From: an uncultured Acidobacteriota bacterium
Lineage (GTDB): Bacteria > Acidobacteriota > Thermoanaerobaculia > UBA5066 > DATFVB01
Assembly (NCBI GenBank): GCA_963813155.1
Contig: CAWEYG010000002.1
Coordinates: 512,001-576,000 of the forward strand
Reading direction: 5' to 3'
Length of the DNA: 64,000 nucleotides
The stretch's first letter is position 1; each line of letters opens with the position of its first letter. A model generated the notes under the pieces. It did no database searches. It was not told where the DNA came from and worked only from the letters and a program-made list of their open reading frames with translations. Position numbers and translations under genes: made by a program. This document shows positions 50,251-59,649 of the stretch, piece by piece.

Positions 50251-50610
50251 GTGGAGAGCGTTTCCCCGGCCGAATTCGAAGAGCTCGTTTCCGAGGCGCT
50301 CGATTCGATTCCCTCCGAATTTCAACGGTACCTCGTAAACACGCTCGTCTCGGTGGAAGACAACCCGTCCGCGAGAACGCTTCAGGAGCTCGGTGTTCGC
50401 CCCGGATCGACGCTCTTCGGGCTCTACACGGGGGTTCCCCTGACGAAACGGGAATCCAATTTCGCCGCGCTGCCGGACGCGATCGTGCTCTTTCGCGGCC
50501 CGATCCTGCGGTTCTGTCGCACCCGGGACGAAGTCGTCGGCCAGATTCGCAAAACCGTCGTCCACGAGATCGGACACTTCTTCGGCCTGGCCGACGATCA
50601 ACTCCCTTAG
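50251..50610 (+). CDS. Zincin-like metallopeptidase family protein (DUF1025)
   Basis: LFGLYTGVPL, PDAIVLFRGPI, VHEIGHFFG. Confidence 0.88.
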   Translation: MESVSPAEFEELVSEALDSIPSEFQRYLVNTLVSVEDNPSARTLQELGVRPGSTLFGLYTGVPLTKRESNFAALPDAIVLFRGPILRFCRTRDEVVGQIRKTVVHEIGHFFGLADDQLP

Positions 50611-50616
50611 CCGCCG

Positions 50617-51381
50617 TCAGTTCGGAGGCAACGCCGGAATCCGCTCGCGGACGAGAGTCGCGAACTTCCGAAGCTCGGCCGGGTCGACGTCGGAAACGGA
50701 CCAGAACGTCATCCCTCCGCGCGTCCAGTGGAGAACGTGAAACCCGTTCTCGTTCCATTCCGTCTCGTCCGACCGACCCTCCGACGGCCAAAGGAAGACG
50801 TTGATCGCGTGCTTGCGCCGCCGGTACACGAGCGCGGCGACGGTGCGTCCTCCGGCATAGTCGAGCCGTCCCCCCTCGAGAGGAAACCCGGCGTCTGCGA
50901 GGTCGACAACCGGGGGCGAGTAGTCGAGCTTTCCGGAAAACCACGGCTTCACCGTGTGCTGGTCGGAAGAGACCACGTCCGTCATGTGCCCGGGCAGCGT
51001 CGCCCGAATCTGCGCGGCCACGACCTCCCGGGCGATGGAGGCTCCGCCGCGATCGGCGCGCGGCAAGAGCTTCGCGCCGGCGAGGGTGAGGAGAGAGCCC
51101 GCCACGAGCGAGGCCGCGAGAGGCAGGAAGGATCGAAATCGCGAGGCCGCCCTCCAGGGAAGGCGCGGCGAAAATCCGGCCGGGGCCTCGAACGCGAGCG
51201 AGCGTTCCCTCAGCGCCGAGCCGAGCGCCGCGGTCGCGCGCGCGCGGGTCCGGCACGACTCGCAGCCCGCGAGGTGATTTTCCAGGGGAATCGCCTCGAG
51301 AGCACCCAGCTCGCCGTCGTGGTGCAATCCGATGAGCCGGCGCGCCTCCGCGCAGCCGAGCTCCGCCGTACTTTCCGTCAT
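50617..51381 (-). CDS. Zinc-binding (ZAS) transmembrane anti-sigma factor
   Basis: DGEL...HLAGCESC, TM helix, SSDQHTVKPWFSGKLDYSP. Confidence 0.9.
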   Translation of the reverse strand: MTESTAELGCAEARRLIGLHHDGELGALEAIPLENHLAGCESCRTRARATAALGSALRERSLAFEAPAGFSPRLPWRAASRFRSFLPLAASLVAGSLLTLAGAKLLPRADRGGASIAREVVAAQIRATLPGHMTDVVSSDQHTVKPWFSGKLDYSPPVVDLADAGFPLEGGRLDYAGGRTVAALVYRRRKHAINVFLWPSEGRSDETEWNENGFHVLHWTRGGMTFWSVSDVDPAELRKFATLVRERIPALPPN

Positions 51382-51914
51382 ATTCCGTTTTCCTCTTCTC
51401 CCGCGAGGATTCGCAGCAGCCGCGACCGGGCGCGCGCGAGACGCGACATCACCGTGCCGATCGGCGCCCCGACGATCGAGGCGATTTCCTTGTACGACAA
51501 GCCCTCCTGCTCCCGAAGAATCATCACTTCCCGAAGGTGGGGCGGAAGGTCCTCGAGCGCCGAGCGCAGCCGTTGAAAATCGATCCGTATCGTCGCGAGG
51601 GCCTCGGGGTCCCGCGCGTCCTCCTCCGCCGTGTGCCGTTCCTCGTCGAACGGCGTCGCGCTGTCGGCGAACCGGTTGCGGTCTCTCCACGTCGCGCAGC
51701 AATTCCGCACGATCGCGAGCAGCCACGAGCGGCCATCGCCGCCCCGGTAGCCGCCGAAGAACTTCCACGCGCGCAGGATCGCCTCCTGGACGACGTCCTG
51801 AGCATCCACGTCGCTGCGGGTCAGCCAGCGCGCGAGGTTGTAGGCGGAAGAAAGATGCGGCAGAACGATCGTCTCGAACCGCGCCTGCACCAGACTCTCC
51901 GCTGAATCCTTCAT
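51378..51914 (-). CDS. ECF RNA polymerase sigma factor
   Basis: AYNLARWL, DVVQEA, WLLAIVRN, SYKEIA...GTVMSRLARAR. Confidence 0.94.
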   Translation of the reverse strand: MKDSAESLVQARFETIVLPHLSSAYNLARWLTRSDVDAQDVVQEAILRAWKFFGGYRGGDGRSWLLAIVRNCCATWRDRNRFADSATPFDEERHTAEEDARDPEALATIRIDFQRLRSALEDLPPHLREVMILREQEGLSYKEIASIVGAPIGTVMSRLARARSRLLRILAGEEENGI

Positions 51915-51989
51915 CTCTCCGAGCTCGGCGTCGATCTTATCTCCGCCGCTCGCCCGGACCGCGAACTGCAAGGTCTGCCTCCGCCTTCC

Positions 51990-52067
51990 AGACCGGCGCA
52001 GGTCCCTTTTTATTCCCTGCGGAGAAAGAGCGCCCGGCGATGGAATAACCACGCCGTCTCCCCCGTC
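51990..52067. promoter_or_regulatory. Divergent pair of ECF promoters
   Basis: GGAATAA-N16-GTCT on the minus strand (52016 to 51990) and GGAATAA-N15-GTCT on the plus strand (52042-52067). Confidence 0.6.
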
Positions 52068-52091
52068 TCCTCGTCCAGCAAGGAGGCAGGG

Positions 52092-53069
52092 ATGAAAGAA
52101 ACCGATCGCCGGTCATTTCTGAAAATCGCGGGAGCATCCATCGGCGTGGGCGCGCTTCTGAAGTTCGCCCCCGCTCTCGGAGCGAGCCCCGCGGGCGCCG
52201 AGCTCGCAAGAATGATCAAAGGCAAGACGGGCGAGGCGCCGCGCCCGTTTTCGTTCGTGCAATTGAGCGACACGCATGTCGGATTCAACGGGCCGCCGAA
52301 CCCGCTCGGAACGCGCGCGTTCGAAGAGGCGGTCAAAACGATCAACGCGCTGCCCGAGGCGCCGGACCTCATCCTCTTTACCGGAGACCTGACGCACGAT
52401 TCGGAAGACCGCGCCGAGCACGCCGCGCGCATGAACAAGTTTCGGGAGATCGCTCAACGCCTGAACGTCAAGAACGTGAAGCTCATCCCGGGAGAGCACG
52501 ATGCCGGCCTCGACGGCGGCGCGCTCTTCCGGGACGTCTTCGGAGAGACCCACTACTCCTTCGATCACAAGGGAGTGCACTTCGTCGCGCTCGACAACGT
52601 GTCGCGCGCGAAACCCGAGGTCGGCCCCGAACAACTCGCCTGGCTGAAGAAGGATATCGCCCGCTTCGACCCGGCGGCTCCGATCGTCCTCTTCACGCAC
52701 AGGCCGCTGTTCGACCTGAAGCCGGAGTGGGAGTGGTTCACGAGCGACGGCGACGACGTCATGAACGCGGTCGCGCCCTACCGCAACCTCACGGTCCTCT
52801 ACGGCCACATTCATCGCCGGCAGGTGACTCAGCTCGGCGGCGCGACGCACTACGGCGCGAATTCCCTGATCTTCGCGTTTCCCGATCCCGACGCCGGCGT
52901 CGAGAAGAAACCGCTTCCGTTCGACAAGTCTCGCCCGTTCGCGAACCTCGGCGTCCGGCGAGTCCGCGAGGGCGGGCCGGCCGTCGGCATCGAGGAAATC
53001 GAGCTGACGGCGCGGGAGTTCGCCGGCACCGCCGGAATCCAGCAATTCTCGAGAAAGGAGATCGTATGA
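52092..53069 (+). CDS. Tat-exported calcineurin-like metallophosphoesterase
   Basis: DRRSFLK Tat motif, SDTH, TGDLTHD, PGEHD, GHIH. Confidence 0.9.
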   Translation: MKETDRRSFLKIAGASIGVGALLKFAPALGASPAGAELARMIKGKTGEAPRPFSFVQLSDTHVGFNGPPNPLGTRAFEEAVKTINALPEAPDLILFTGDLTHDSEDRAEHAARMNKFREIAQRLNVKNVKLIPGEHDAGLDGGALFRDVFGETHYSFDHKGVHFVALDNVSRAKPEVGPEQLAWLKKDIARFDPAAPIVLFTHRPLFDLKPEWEWFTSDGDDVMNAVAPYRNLTVLYGHIHRRQVTQLGGATHYGANSLIFAFPDPDAGVEKKPLPFDKSRPFANLGVRRVREGGPAVGIEEIELTAREFAGTAGIQQFSRKEIV

Positions 53070-53422
53070 AGAAGGCAATTTTCCTCGGCGCCGCGATTGG
53101 CGCGTGCGTCCTTTCCCTCTCCGGCAGCCGCGCGTCGGCCGAAGGCGAGCCGAAAGTCATTCCCATCACCGCGAAGCGGTTCGAATTCCTGCCGCACGAG
53201 CTGAAGCTCAAGAAGGGAGAAACCGTCACGTTTCACCTCACGAGCGAAGACGTGCAACACGGGTTCTTCAACCGGAAGCTGAAGATCGACGCGGACATTC
53301 CCGCCGGCCAGTCGGCCGACGTCACGATCACGCCGCAACAGGAGGGAAAGTTCCTGATCATCTGCGATCACTTCTGCGGCGCCCAGCACGGAAACATGCA
53401 CATGTCGGTCGAAGTGGAGTGA
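53066..53422 (+). CDS. Cupredoxin (CoxII/CuA-like) protein
   Basis: Signal peptide, DVQHGF...CDHFCGAQHGNM. Confidence 0.87.
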   Translation: MKKAIFLGAAIGACVLSLSGSRASAEGEPKVIPITAKRFEFLPHELKLKKGETVTFHLTSEDVQHGFFNRKLKIDADIPAGQSADVTITPQQEGKFLIICDHFCGAQHGNMHMSVEVE

Positions 53423-54012
53423 GCCATGGGAATTCTCGAACCGGATCCGGCAGAGCCGCCGGGCGGCGAGAATCCGCAGGGGCGCCTGCCGTGAGGTTTC
53501 TCTCCGGCGTCCTCGCGAGCCTGCTCGGGATGGCTCTCACCGCGGCGGTGCTCGCCTTTTCGGGCGTGATCTCGGTCGCGGCCGACCAGTACGGATCCCT
53601 CGACGCCCGGGTCGACTCCGCGCTGAACAGCGCGTCTCGCGCGTCGATTCGCCGGCATGCTTCCCGCGGGAGAGATCCGTTCGGCGACGACCGGGCCGCC
53701 GCCGTCGAAGGGCTTTCGGAATTCCGGCAAAATTGCATCGCCTGTCATGGCGCGGGAAGAATCCCGCCCGGGGAATTCGCCGCGGGAATGAACCCGGGAG
53801 CTCCGTCGCTCGCCTCCAACGAGATCCAATCGATGAGCGATGGTGAGCTCTTCTGGGTGATCTCGCATGGAATCCGCGCCACGGGTATGCCCGCGTTTTC
53901 CACCACGAAGGACGAGAAAGAGATCTGGAGGATCGTTGCGTTCACCCGGCACCTGCCGAGATTGACCGCTGAAGAGGCGCAGCTTCTCCGCGCCGTGGAT
54001 GCCGATCGATAA
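53419..54012 (+). CDS. Membrane-anchored c-type cytochrome (alternative start GTG 53491)
   Basis: CIACH, SDGELFW, GIRATGMPAF. Confidence 0.85.
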   Translation: MSHGNSRTGSGRAAGRRESAGAPAVRFLSGVLASLLGMALTAAVLAFSGVISVAADQYGSLDARVDSALNSASRASIRRHASRGRDPFGDDRAAAVEGLSEFRQNCIACHGAGRIPPGEFAAGMNPGAPSLASNEIQSMSDGELFWVISHGIRATGMPAFSTTKDEKEIWRIVAFTRHLPRLTAEEAQLLRAVDADR

Positions 54013-54018
54013 AAGAAA

Positions 54019-54049
54019 CTGCCGGGGGGAAAGAAAATCCCCCCGGCAG
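54019..54049 (-). terminator. Intrinsic terminator between convergent genes
   Basis: 12-bp perfect stem ctgccgggggga/tccccccggcag, followed by TTTCTTTT on the minus strand. Confidence 0.8.
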
Positions 54050-54074
54050 AGTCACGAAAGAACGACGAGCCTCA

Positions 54075-54437
54075 CTACTCCCAGTACGGCGTGTAACCGT
54101 AGTAGGCGTAGATCTTCGTCGCGTAGCCGCGGTCCGCGATGTCGGGCCAGTGGGTTTTGTCGAACCCGGGCGCGTTCTTCAGAATGTTCTTGTCGGCGTT
54201 GACGACAAAGTCGCCATGGTCGGCGTCGAAATTCAGCGCCCTCGGCGGGATGGCGAACAGCTTGTTTCCGATGTGCAGGAACCCCCCGAACGAGAGCACC
54301 GCATACGCGATACGGCCCGTTTCGAGGTCCAGCACGAAATCCTCGATCTTTCCCAGCTTCTCGCCGGCCGTGTCCCTGACTTCGCGGCCGATTATCGCGG
54401 TGACGGATCGCGATTTCATTTCAACCAGAGTTTGCAT
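54075..54437 (-). CDS. PRC-barrel domain protein
   Basis: GEKLGKIED...GRIAYAVLSFGGFL...KLFAIP...NAPGFDK..WP; SD GGAGG. Confidence 0.9.
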   Translation of the reverse strand: MQTLVEMKSRSVTAIIGREVRDTAGEKLGKIEDFVLDLETGRIAYAVLSFGGFLHIGNKLFAIPPRALNFDADHGDFVVNADKNILKNAPGFDKTHWPDIADRGYATKIYAYYGYTPYWE

Positions 54438-54457
54438 TGGATAAACCTCCGATCGGT

Positions 54458-54637
54458 TCAGAACCGGGGCTCGCGCGGCGAGCCCTCGTCCGGTTTTCTC
54501 ATGGGATCTTCGTGCTTCTTTTCGCCGCGAAAATCCCGGTCGCGACTGCTTCCGGGCGACTCTTTCCCGCCCTGACCCGGCGATTCCTTCGCGCCGCGGT
54601 CCCGGGCCGGGTCTTCGTAACTCTTGTTGCGTGACAT
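54458..54637 (-). CDS. Small hydrophilic protein (59 aa; absent from the ORF track)
   Basis: SD AAGGAG, then MSRNKSYEDPARDRGAKESPGQGGKESPG...EPRF*; upstream CGGAACGgatcTTGCT (54722-54707). Confidence 0.55.
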   Translation of the reverse strand: MSRNKSYEDPARDRGAKESPGQGGKESPGSSRDRDFRGEKKHEDPMRKPDEGSPREPRF

Positions 54638-54790
54638 CTCGAACTCCTTTCGAGGCCTCCTGGCCTGTTGAAAAGACGGAGCCCCATTGCTCCCGGACGA
54701 GAACGCAGCAAGATCCGTTCCGGAAATCCAGGGCGAAAACCGGGAATATCCGCGCGTGCGCTAAGATCGGCGCGGACGGGAGGACGCCCG

Positions 54791-55342
54791 ATGTTCTGGA
54801 GACCAAGGCCTCGGCGCGCCTACCGCGCGAGTGTACGGCCGGTGCTTCTGTCGCTCTCGCGCCGTCCCCGGCCGGCCGCAGCGGACGAGGAGCGGATGAA
54901 CGATCTCGCGGAATTCACCCGCGCGAGCCTCGCCACGGAGAACCCGACGGCCTACGGAGCGCAGGTGGTCGACACGGCGACGGGGCGCATCGTCGCGCGG
55001 GCGCGAAACGGGGTCCTCGCGACGGGGGACCCCACGGCGCACGCCGAGGTGCTCGCGATTCGCGAAGCGTGCCGCGAGCTCGGCGTTCTCGATCTTTCGG
55101 CGTTCACACTCGACACGACCTGCGAGCCGTGCGCGATGTGCATGGGTGCGGCGCTCTGGGCGCGGGTCGGCCGCCTCGTGTACGGATTCACCCTCGGCGA
55201 TTCCGCCGGATACTTCCCGGAAACTTCCCTCTCCGCGAGGTCGATTGCGGCCCGCTCGCCCATCGCGTGCGCCGTCGTCGGCCCCGTGGCCCGCGGCGCC
55301 TGCCTCGCGGTTCTTCGGGACGCGATCGATCTCTCCCGTTAG
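54791..55342 (+). CDS. Nucleoside/guanine deaminase family protein (start uncertain; alternative 54896)
   Basis: DPTAHAE...EPCAMC. Confidence 0.85.
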   Translation: MFWRPRPRRAYRASVRPVLLSLSRRPRPAAADEERMNDLAEFTRASLATENPTAYGAQVVDTATGRIVARARNGVLATGDPTAHAEVLAIREACRELGVLDLSAFTLDTTCEPCAMCMGAALWARVGRLVYGFTLGDSAGYFPETSLSARSIAARSPIACAVVGPVARGACLAVLRDAIDLSR

Positions 55343-55458
55343 GCCGGCCGCGCTTCGATTACGAGAAAATACGATCGACTGACCGCGAGTCCGGCACCCC
55401 GCTTGCAGAAGGCGAGGGCGGGGAAACGCGATCGAGCGGACTCCCCGGGAGGTGAAAG

Positions 55459-56067
55459 GTGAAACGACTCGCGATCATTCCGTTATTCGTTTTCGGCGTC
55501 CTCGCAGCCCGCGCTGTGTCGGCCCAGGGCACAGGTCCGGTCCAATTCGGGCTGAGCGGCGGTGCGGACTTTCCCGTCTCCGACCAGAAAGACGTCTACA
55601 AGACCGGCTGGAATGGAACGGCGCTCCTCGCCTTCAATTTCGGCGCCTCGCCCGTGGGTCTTCGAATCGACGGCTCGTACCACGAGCTCACGACGAAGAG
55701 CGACCTCGAGGCGTTCTTCGTGGGCTCCGGCAAGACGCGCATCATCGACGGAACGGTCGACCTGGTGGCGGGACCCCGCGGCCTCGTCGTCGAGCCCTAT
55801 TTCATCGGAGGCGTCGGGGCGTACGACCTGCGTTTCCGAGGAGAGGACATCACGACCGGGAACTCGTTTTCCCAGAGCACGACTCGCTTCGGATGGAACG
55901 CCGGCGTCGGAGTCGCGTTCCCTCTCGCGCGCGACTCGTCCAGCCGGCTTTTCGTAGAAGCCCGCTACACGAGCGTTTCCGTCGACTCGGACCGGTTCTC
56001 CAACAGCCTCCACACGGGCGGAAACCGGTTCAAGTTCGTGCCCGTGAACCTCGGCATTCTGTTCTGA
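55459..56067 (+). CDS. Outer membrane beta-barrel protein
   Basis: Signal peptide, amphipathic strands, terminal Phe; preceded by CGGCACcccgcTTGCA (55392-407). Confidence 0.85.
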   Translation: MKRLAIIPLFVFGVLAARAVSAQGTGPVQFGLSGGADFPVSDQKDVYKTGWNGTALLAFNFGASPVGLRIDGSYHELTTKSDLEAFFVGSGKTRIIDGTVDLVAGPRGLVVEPYFIGGVGAYDLRFRGEDITTGNSFSQSTTRFGWNAGVGVAFPLARDSSSRLFVEARYTSVSVDSDRFSNSLHTGGNRFKFVPVNLGILF

Positions 56068-56071
56068 GAAT

Positions 56072-56827
56072 TCAGCCCCGCCGGGCTTCGACGATCACGA
56101 AACGGGGCACACTCGAACGAAGGGCCCGAAGCGCCGGGTCCGGCTCGTCGGCGCCGGGATCCGTTCGCGGTTCGAGGAGGCGGAGGACGACGAGGTCGCA
56201 CGTGCGCAAGGCCTCGAAATAGTCGGTCAGGCTCCGATGATAGTAGTTGTGGCCGCCTTCGAAGTCCGTCCTGCGAACGACCGCCGGATCGAGATAGCCG
56301 GTGACCTTGAGGAAAGGCCGCCCGGTCAGCTCGTCGCGCGCGATTTCAGACCCGGCGAAACCAGGGTGCAGGATCGAAAAGATGAACCGGCCGCGCCGTT
56401 TGAGGCATCGGCGCACGTCCCGAAACAAGGGGGCGATGTCCGGGATGTCCAGGACGAGCATATGCGCGAGGATCAGATCGAAGCTCCGCGTCGGGTACGG
56501 AAGGCCGAGCGAGAGGTCCCCCCGCCGGAACTCGACCCCGGGACAGGCTTCTCGCGCCAGCCGCAGCATCTCGGCTGCACCGTCGATCCCGCGCACCCGC
56601 GCGCCCGCGTCCTTGAGGGCGCGCGTCATCCAGCCCGGGCCGCAGCCCGTGTCCAGGACGCGGCGGCGGCGGACATTTCCGACGACCTTCCAGAAGACTT
56701 CCGCGGATTGCAGGAGCATCCGACCGTCGGGTGAATCTCCACGTTGGAGGTAACTCGCCGCGATTCGCTCCCAGTCGGCGAGATCGCGGCGCACCGCCTC
56801 ACTGATCTCCGGGCCTTCCGTGCCCAT
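56072..56827 (-). CDS. Class I SAM-dependent methyltransferase
   Basis: VLDTGCGPG, FDLILA, GRFIFSILHP. Confidence 0.88.
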   Translation of the reverse strand: MGTEGPEISEAVRRDLADWERIAASYLQRGDSPDGRMLLQSAEVFWKVVGNVRRRRVLDTGCGPGWMTRALKDAGARVRGIDGAAEMLRLAREACPGVEFRRGDLSLGLPYPTRSFDLILAHMLVLDIPDIAPLFRDVRRCLKRRGRFIFSILHPGFAGSEIARDELTGRPFLKVTGYLDPAVVRRTDFEGGHNYYHRSLTDYFEALRTCDLVVLRLLEPRTDPGADEPDPALRALRSSVPRFVIVEARRG

Positions 56828-56831
56828 GGCT

Positions 56832-58145
56832 TCAGCGGCGGGGGACGGGACGGTACTGTGGCGGCAGAGCGCCGTCTCCCCGAAGCTGGTTGAGATACCG
56901 GTCGCGCAGCAGCGTCTGGCGGCTCACCATCGGGATCTTCCGGCCGTCGATGAACACCTGCTCGGCGGCCGTCGTCACCTCCAGCGGGTCGCCGCTCCAC
57001 AAGACCACGTCGGCGTCCTTCCCCGGGGCGATCGAACCGGTTCGGCCGTCGAGTCCGTAGATCCGCGCAGGATTGAGCATGATCGCCTTGAGTCCGTCCT
57101 CGTAGGGCAGGCCGTTGGCGACCGCGTTGCCGGCGAGCTGCGTCAAATTGCGGGCGTTGTGGGAATCGCCCGTCTCGAACGCAATGACGACGCCCGCCCT
57201 TGCGAGCCGGGCCGCGTTCTCGAGCGTCGACCCGAGCGCCTCGAACGCCGACGGAAGGTCCTGGAGCGGATTCAACACGACGGGAACCCGCGCGCTCGCG
57301 AGCTCCGCGGCGACGAGGGAGGCCTCCGCGCCGCCCGACACGACGAGATGGAGCTTGAATTCCCGCGCAAGGCCGATCGCCGCGAGAATGTCGCTCGCGC
57401 GCTCGACCGAGACCACGAGAGGAATCTTTCCCAAGAGCACGTCGCCGAGCGCCTCGAGGTCCGCCCGATCGAGCAGGTACGGCCGCCGGCGCGCGGAGTC
57501 GTACGCGCTCCGATTTTCGCGAAAATCCCGCGCGTCCCGCAGCGCTTCGCGGAGATACAGCATCGAGGCCGCGCGCGATCCGCCGGACAGCTCGGCACCC
57601 GCTTCCCCGAACGCGACGAACATCGCGGCGGGGCTCTTGCGGACATAGCGATCCGTCGAGCCGAGGCTCACGATTGCGCCGAGCCCCGCGATGATCGTTC
57701 CTTTGTCCGTGACGGCGGGGGCGACCATGGCGGTCGTGACCCCGGCGATCCGGTTGACGGGAATCAGCATCGAACGCGGGTTGATCGCGGGCGTCACGTC
57801 GAATGACGCCGTGAACCGCCGTTCCTCCGTCGAGAAGTCTCTCGTTTGCTTGACCCCGGAAACTTCCTCGATGCCGAACCGGCTGACCGGGTCGAACAGC
57901 CCCGGAGTGACGATCTTCCCGGTCCCGTCGATGCGGGAGGCGCCGGCCGGCACGGCGACATTCGCGCCGACCGCTTCGATCTTTCCGTCGCGCAGAACGA
58001 CGGTCGCATGCTCGATTTTCCCGGCCGCGCCGAGCGTGTACACTGTCGCGTTCGTGATCGCATACGTTTCGCCCTCCGCCCCGACGGAAAAAGACCCGAC
58101 AAGGAGGGCCGCCGCGAAAGCGCCCAGAAGCATTCGTCGATTCAT
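56832..58145 (-). CDS. Amidohydrolase-family protein lacking the HxH metal ligands
   Basis: TPGLFDPVSRFG in place of PGLIDxHxH; GKDADVVLWSGDP. Confidence 0.85.
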   Translation of the reverse strand: MNRRMLLGAFAAALLVGSFSVGAEGETYAITNATVYTLGAAGKIEHATVVLRDGKIEAVGANVAVPAGASRIDGTGKIVTPGLFDPVSRFGIEEVSGVKQTRDFSTEERRFTASFDVTPAINPRSMLIPVNRIAGVTTAMVAPAVTDKGTIIAGLGAIVSLGSTDRYVRKSPAAMFVAFGEAGAELSGGSRAASMLYLREALRDARDFRENRSAYDSARRRPYLLDRADLEALGDVLLGKIPLVVSVERASDILAAIGLAREFKLHLVVSGGAEASLVAAELASARVPVVLNPLQDLPSAFEALGSTLENAARLARAGVVIAFETGDSHNARNLTQLAGNAVANGLPYEDGLKAIMLNPARIYGLDGRTGSIAPGKDADVVLWSGDPLEVTTAAEQVFIDGRKIPMVSRQTLLRDRYLNQLRGDGALPPQYRPVPRR

Positions 58146-59629
58146 CGTTCGCCTCCCATGCTCCCGAGCGAAAAATCGGAGCTCGGCTGCCGGCCCGGGT
58201 CGTCCCGGTCGTACGCGAGCGCGCCGTCGATGAAGACCTTCTCCGCCTTCGCGTAAACGCTGAACGGGTCTGCGCTCCAGATCACGACGTCCGCCATTTT
58301 CCCGGGGGCGAGCGAACCGGTGTCCTTGTCGATTCCCAGCGCACGCGCCGGATTGAGGGTCATCCACTCGACGGCCCGCGCCTTCGAGATCTCCAGGCCG
58401 GCGCGGCGCCCCGCTGCCCACGCCTTCGCGACCTCCTGGTTGAGCCGCTGGATCCCGTTGGGATCGTCCGAATGGATCATCGCGCAGGCGCCCCCCGCAT
58501 CGACCATCGAGATGTTCTCCGGAATGCCGTCCCAGGCTTCCATCTTGAAGCCCCACCAGTCCGCCCACATCGACGCGCAGGTTCCGTTCTCCTGCAGGAG
58601 GTCGGGAATCTTGTAGGCCTCGGTCGCGTGGTGGAACGAGGCGATGTGGTAGTGAAATTCCTTCGCGACGTCGAGCATCGTCGCCATCTCGTCGCAGCGG
58701 TAGCAGTGCATCTGGACCCGCATCCGGCCCGCGAGCACCGCGGCGAGCGACTCCAGCCTCAGATCGCGCTTCGGGGGAGCGCCCTTCTTTTCCTTCTCCC
58801 ACGCTTTCCATTTCGCGTCGTAGTCCTGCGCGTCGGCCCAGGCCTGGCGATAGCCGGCCACGTCGCCCATCTCCGTCGAAGGAAACTGCTTGCGAGACCC
58901 GTACACCCGCTTCGGATTTTCTCCGCAGGCCATTTTCAGGCCGTACGGGGCGCCGGGAAACTTCATCGCCTGAACGGTCCGGGCGGGAACGTTCTTGAGA
59001 ACGACGCTCACCCCGCCGATCAGGTTGCCGGAGCCGGGCAGGATCTCGAGCGTCGTGACGCCGCCGGCGCGCGCGGTATGGAACCCCGGGTCCTGCGGCC
59101 AGACGGAATTCTCCGCCCGCACCTGGGCCGTGTCCGGGCTCGTGAGCTCGTTTCCGTTGGACAACGCATCGACCTCCGGGGACGGATAGACGCCGAGGTG
59201 CGAATGGACGTCGATCAACCCGGGCGTGACGTATTTCCCCTTTCCGTTCACGACGACCGCGCCTTCCGGGGCGGAAATCTTCGGCCCGACGGCGACGATC
59301 CGGCCGCCGCTCAGGAGAACGTCGCCCTCCTCGATCTCGCCGCCTTCGCCGGTGTAGATCCGGGCGCCGGAGATGAGAGTCGGCTTCGAGGGGAGCGGCT
59401 TGTACGTCGAAGGGAACGGGTCCGGCGGGAATTCCACTGCGGTTTCTCCCGCCTTTTCGGGCGGCGGAGCCGGCGATGGAGCGTCCCGTTGCGCGTCCTT
59501 TCGCGGAGTGGCCGCGGCGCCCGGGGTGTCTTTGGCGCCGCCCCCGCCCGCCGACGCGCAGGCGCCGAGGAAGGCGGCAGCCGCGATTGCGAGCGACATC
59601 CCCAGAAGATTTCTCCAGTTCCGCGTCAT
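58142..59629 (-). CDS. Amidohydrolase lipoprotein
   Basis: Lipobox LGAC, PGLIDVHSH, KMACGENPK, HCYR, FHHA, HSDD. Confidence 0.9.
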   Translation of the reverse strand: MTRNWRNLLGMSLAIAAAAFLGACASAGGGGAKDTPGAAATPRKDAQRDAPSPAPPPEKAGETAVEFPPDPFPSTYKPLPSKPTLISGARIYTGEGGEIEEGDVLLSGGRIVAVGPKISAPEGAVVVNGKGKYVTPGLIDVHSHLGVYPSPEVDALSNGNELTSPDTAQVRAENSVWPQDPGFHTARAGGVTTLEILPGSGNLIGGVSVVLKNVPARTVQAMKFPGAPYGLKMACGENPKRVYGSRKQFPSTEMGDVAGYRQAWADAQDYDAKWKAWEKEKKGAPPKRDLRLESLAAVLAGRMRVQMHCYRCDEMATMLDVAKEFHYHIASFHHATEAYKIPDLLQENGTCASMWADWWGFKMEAWDGIPENISMVDAGGACAMIHSDDPNGIQRLNQEVAKAWAAGRRAGLEISKARAVEWMTLNPARALGIDKDTGSLAPGKMADVVIWSADPFSVYAKAEKVFIDGALAYDRDDPGRQPSSDFSLGSMGGER

Positions 59630-59649
59630 GTGACCTCCGAGCGCGATCG

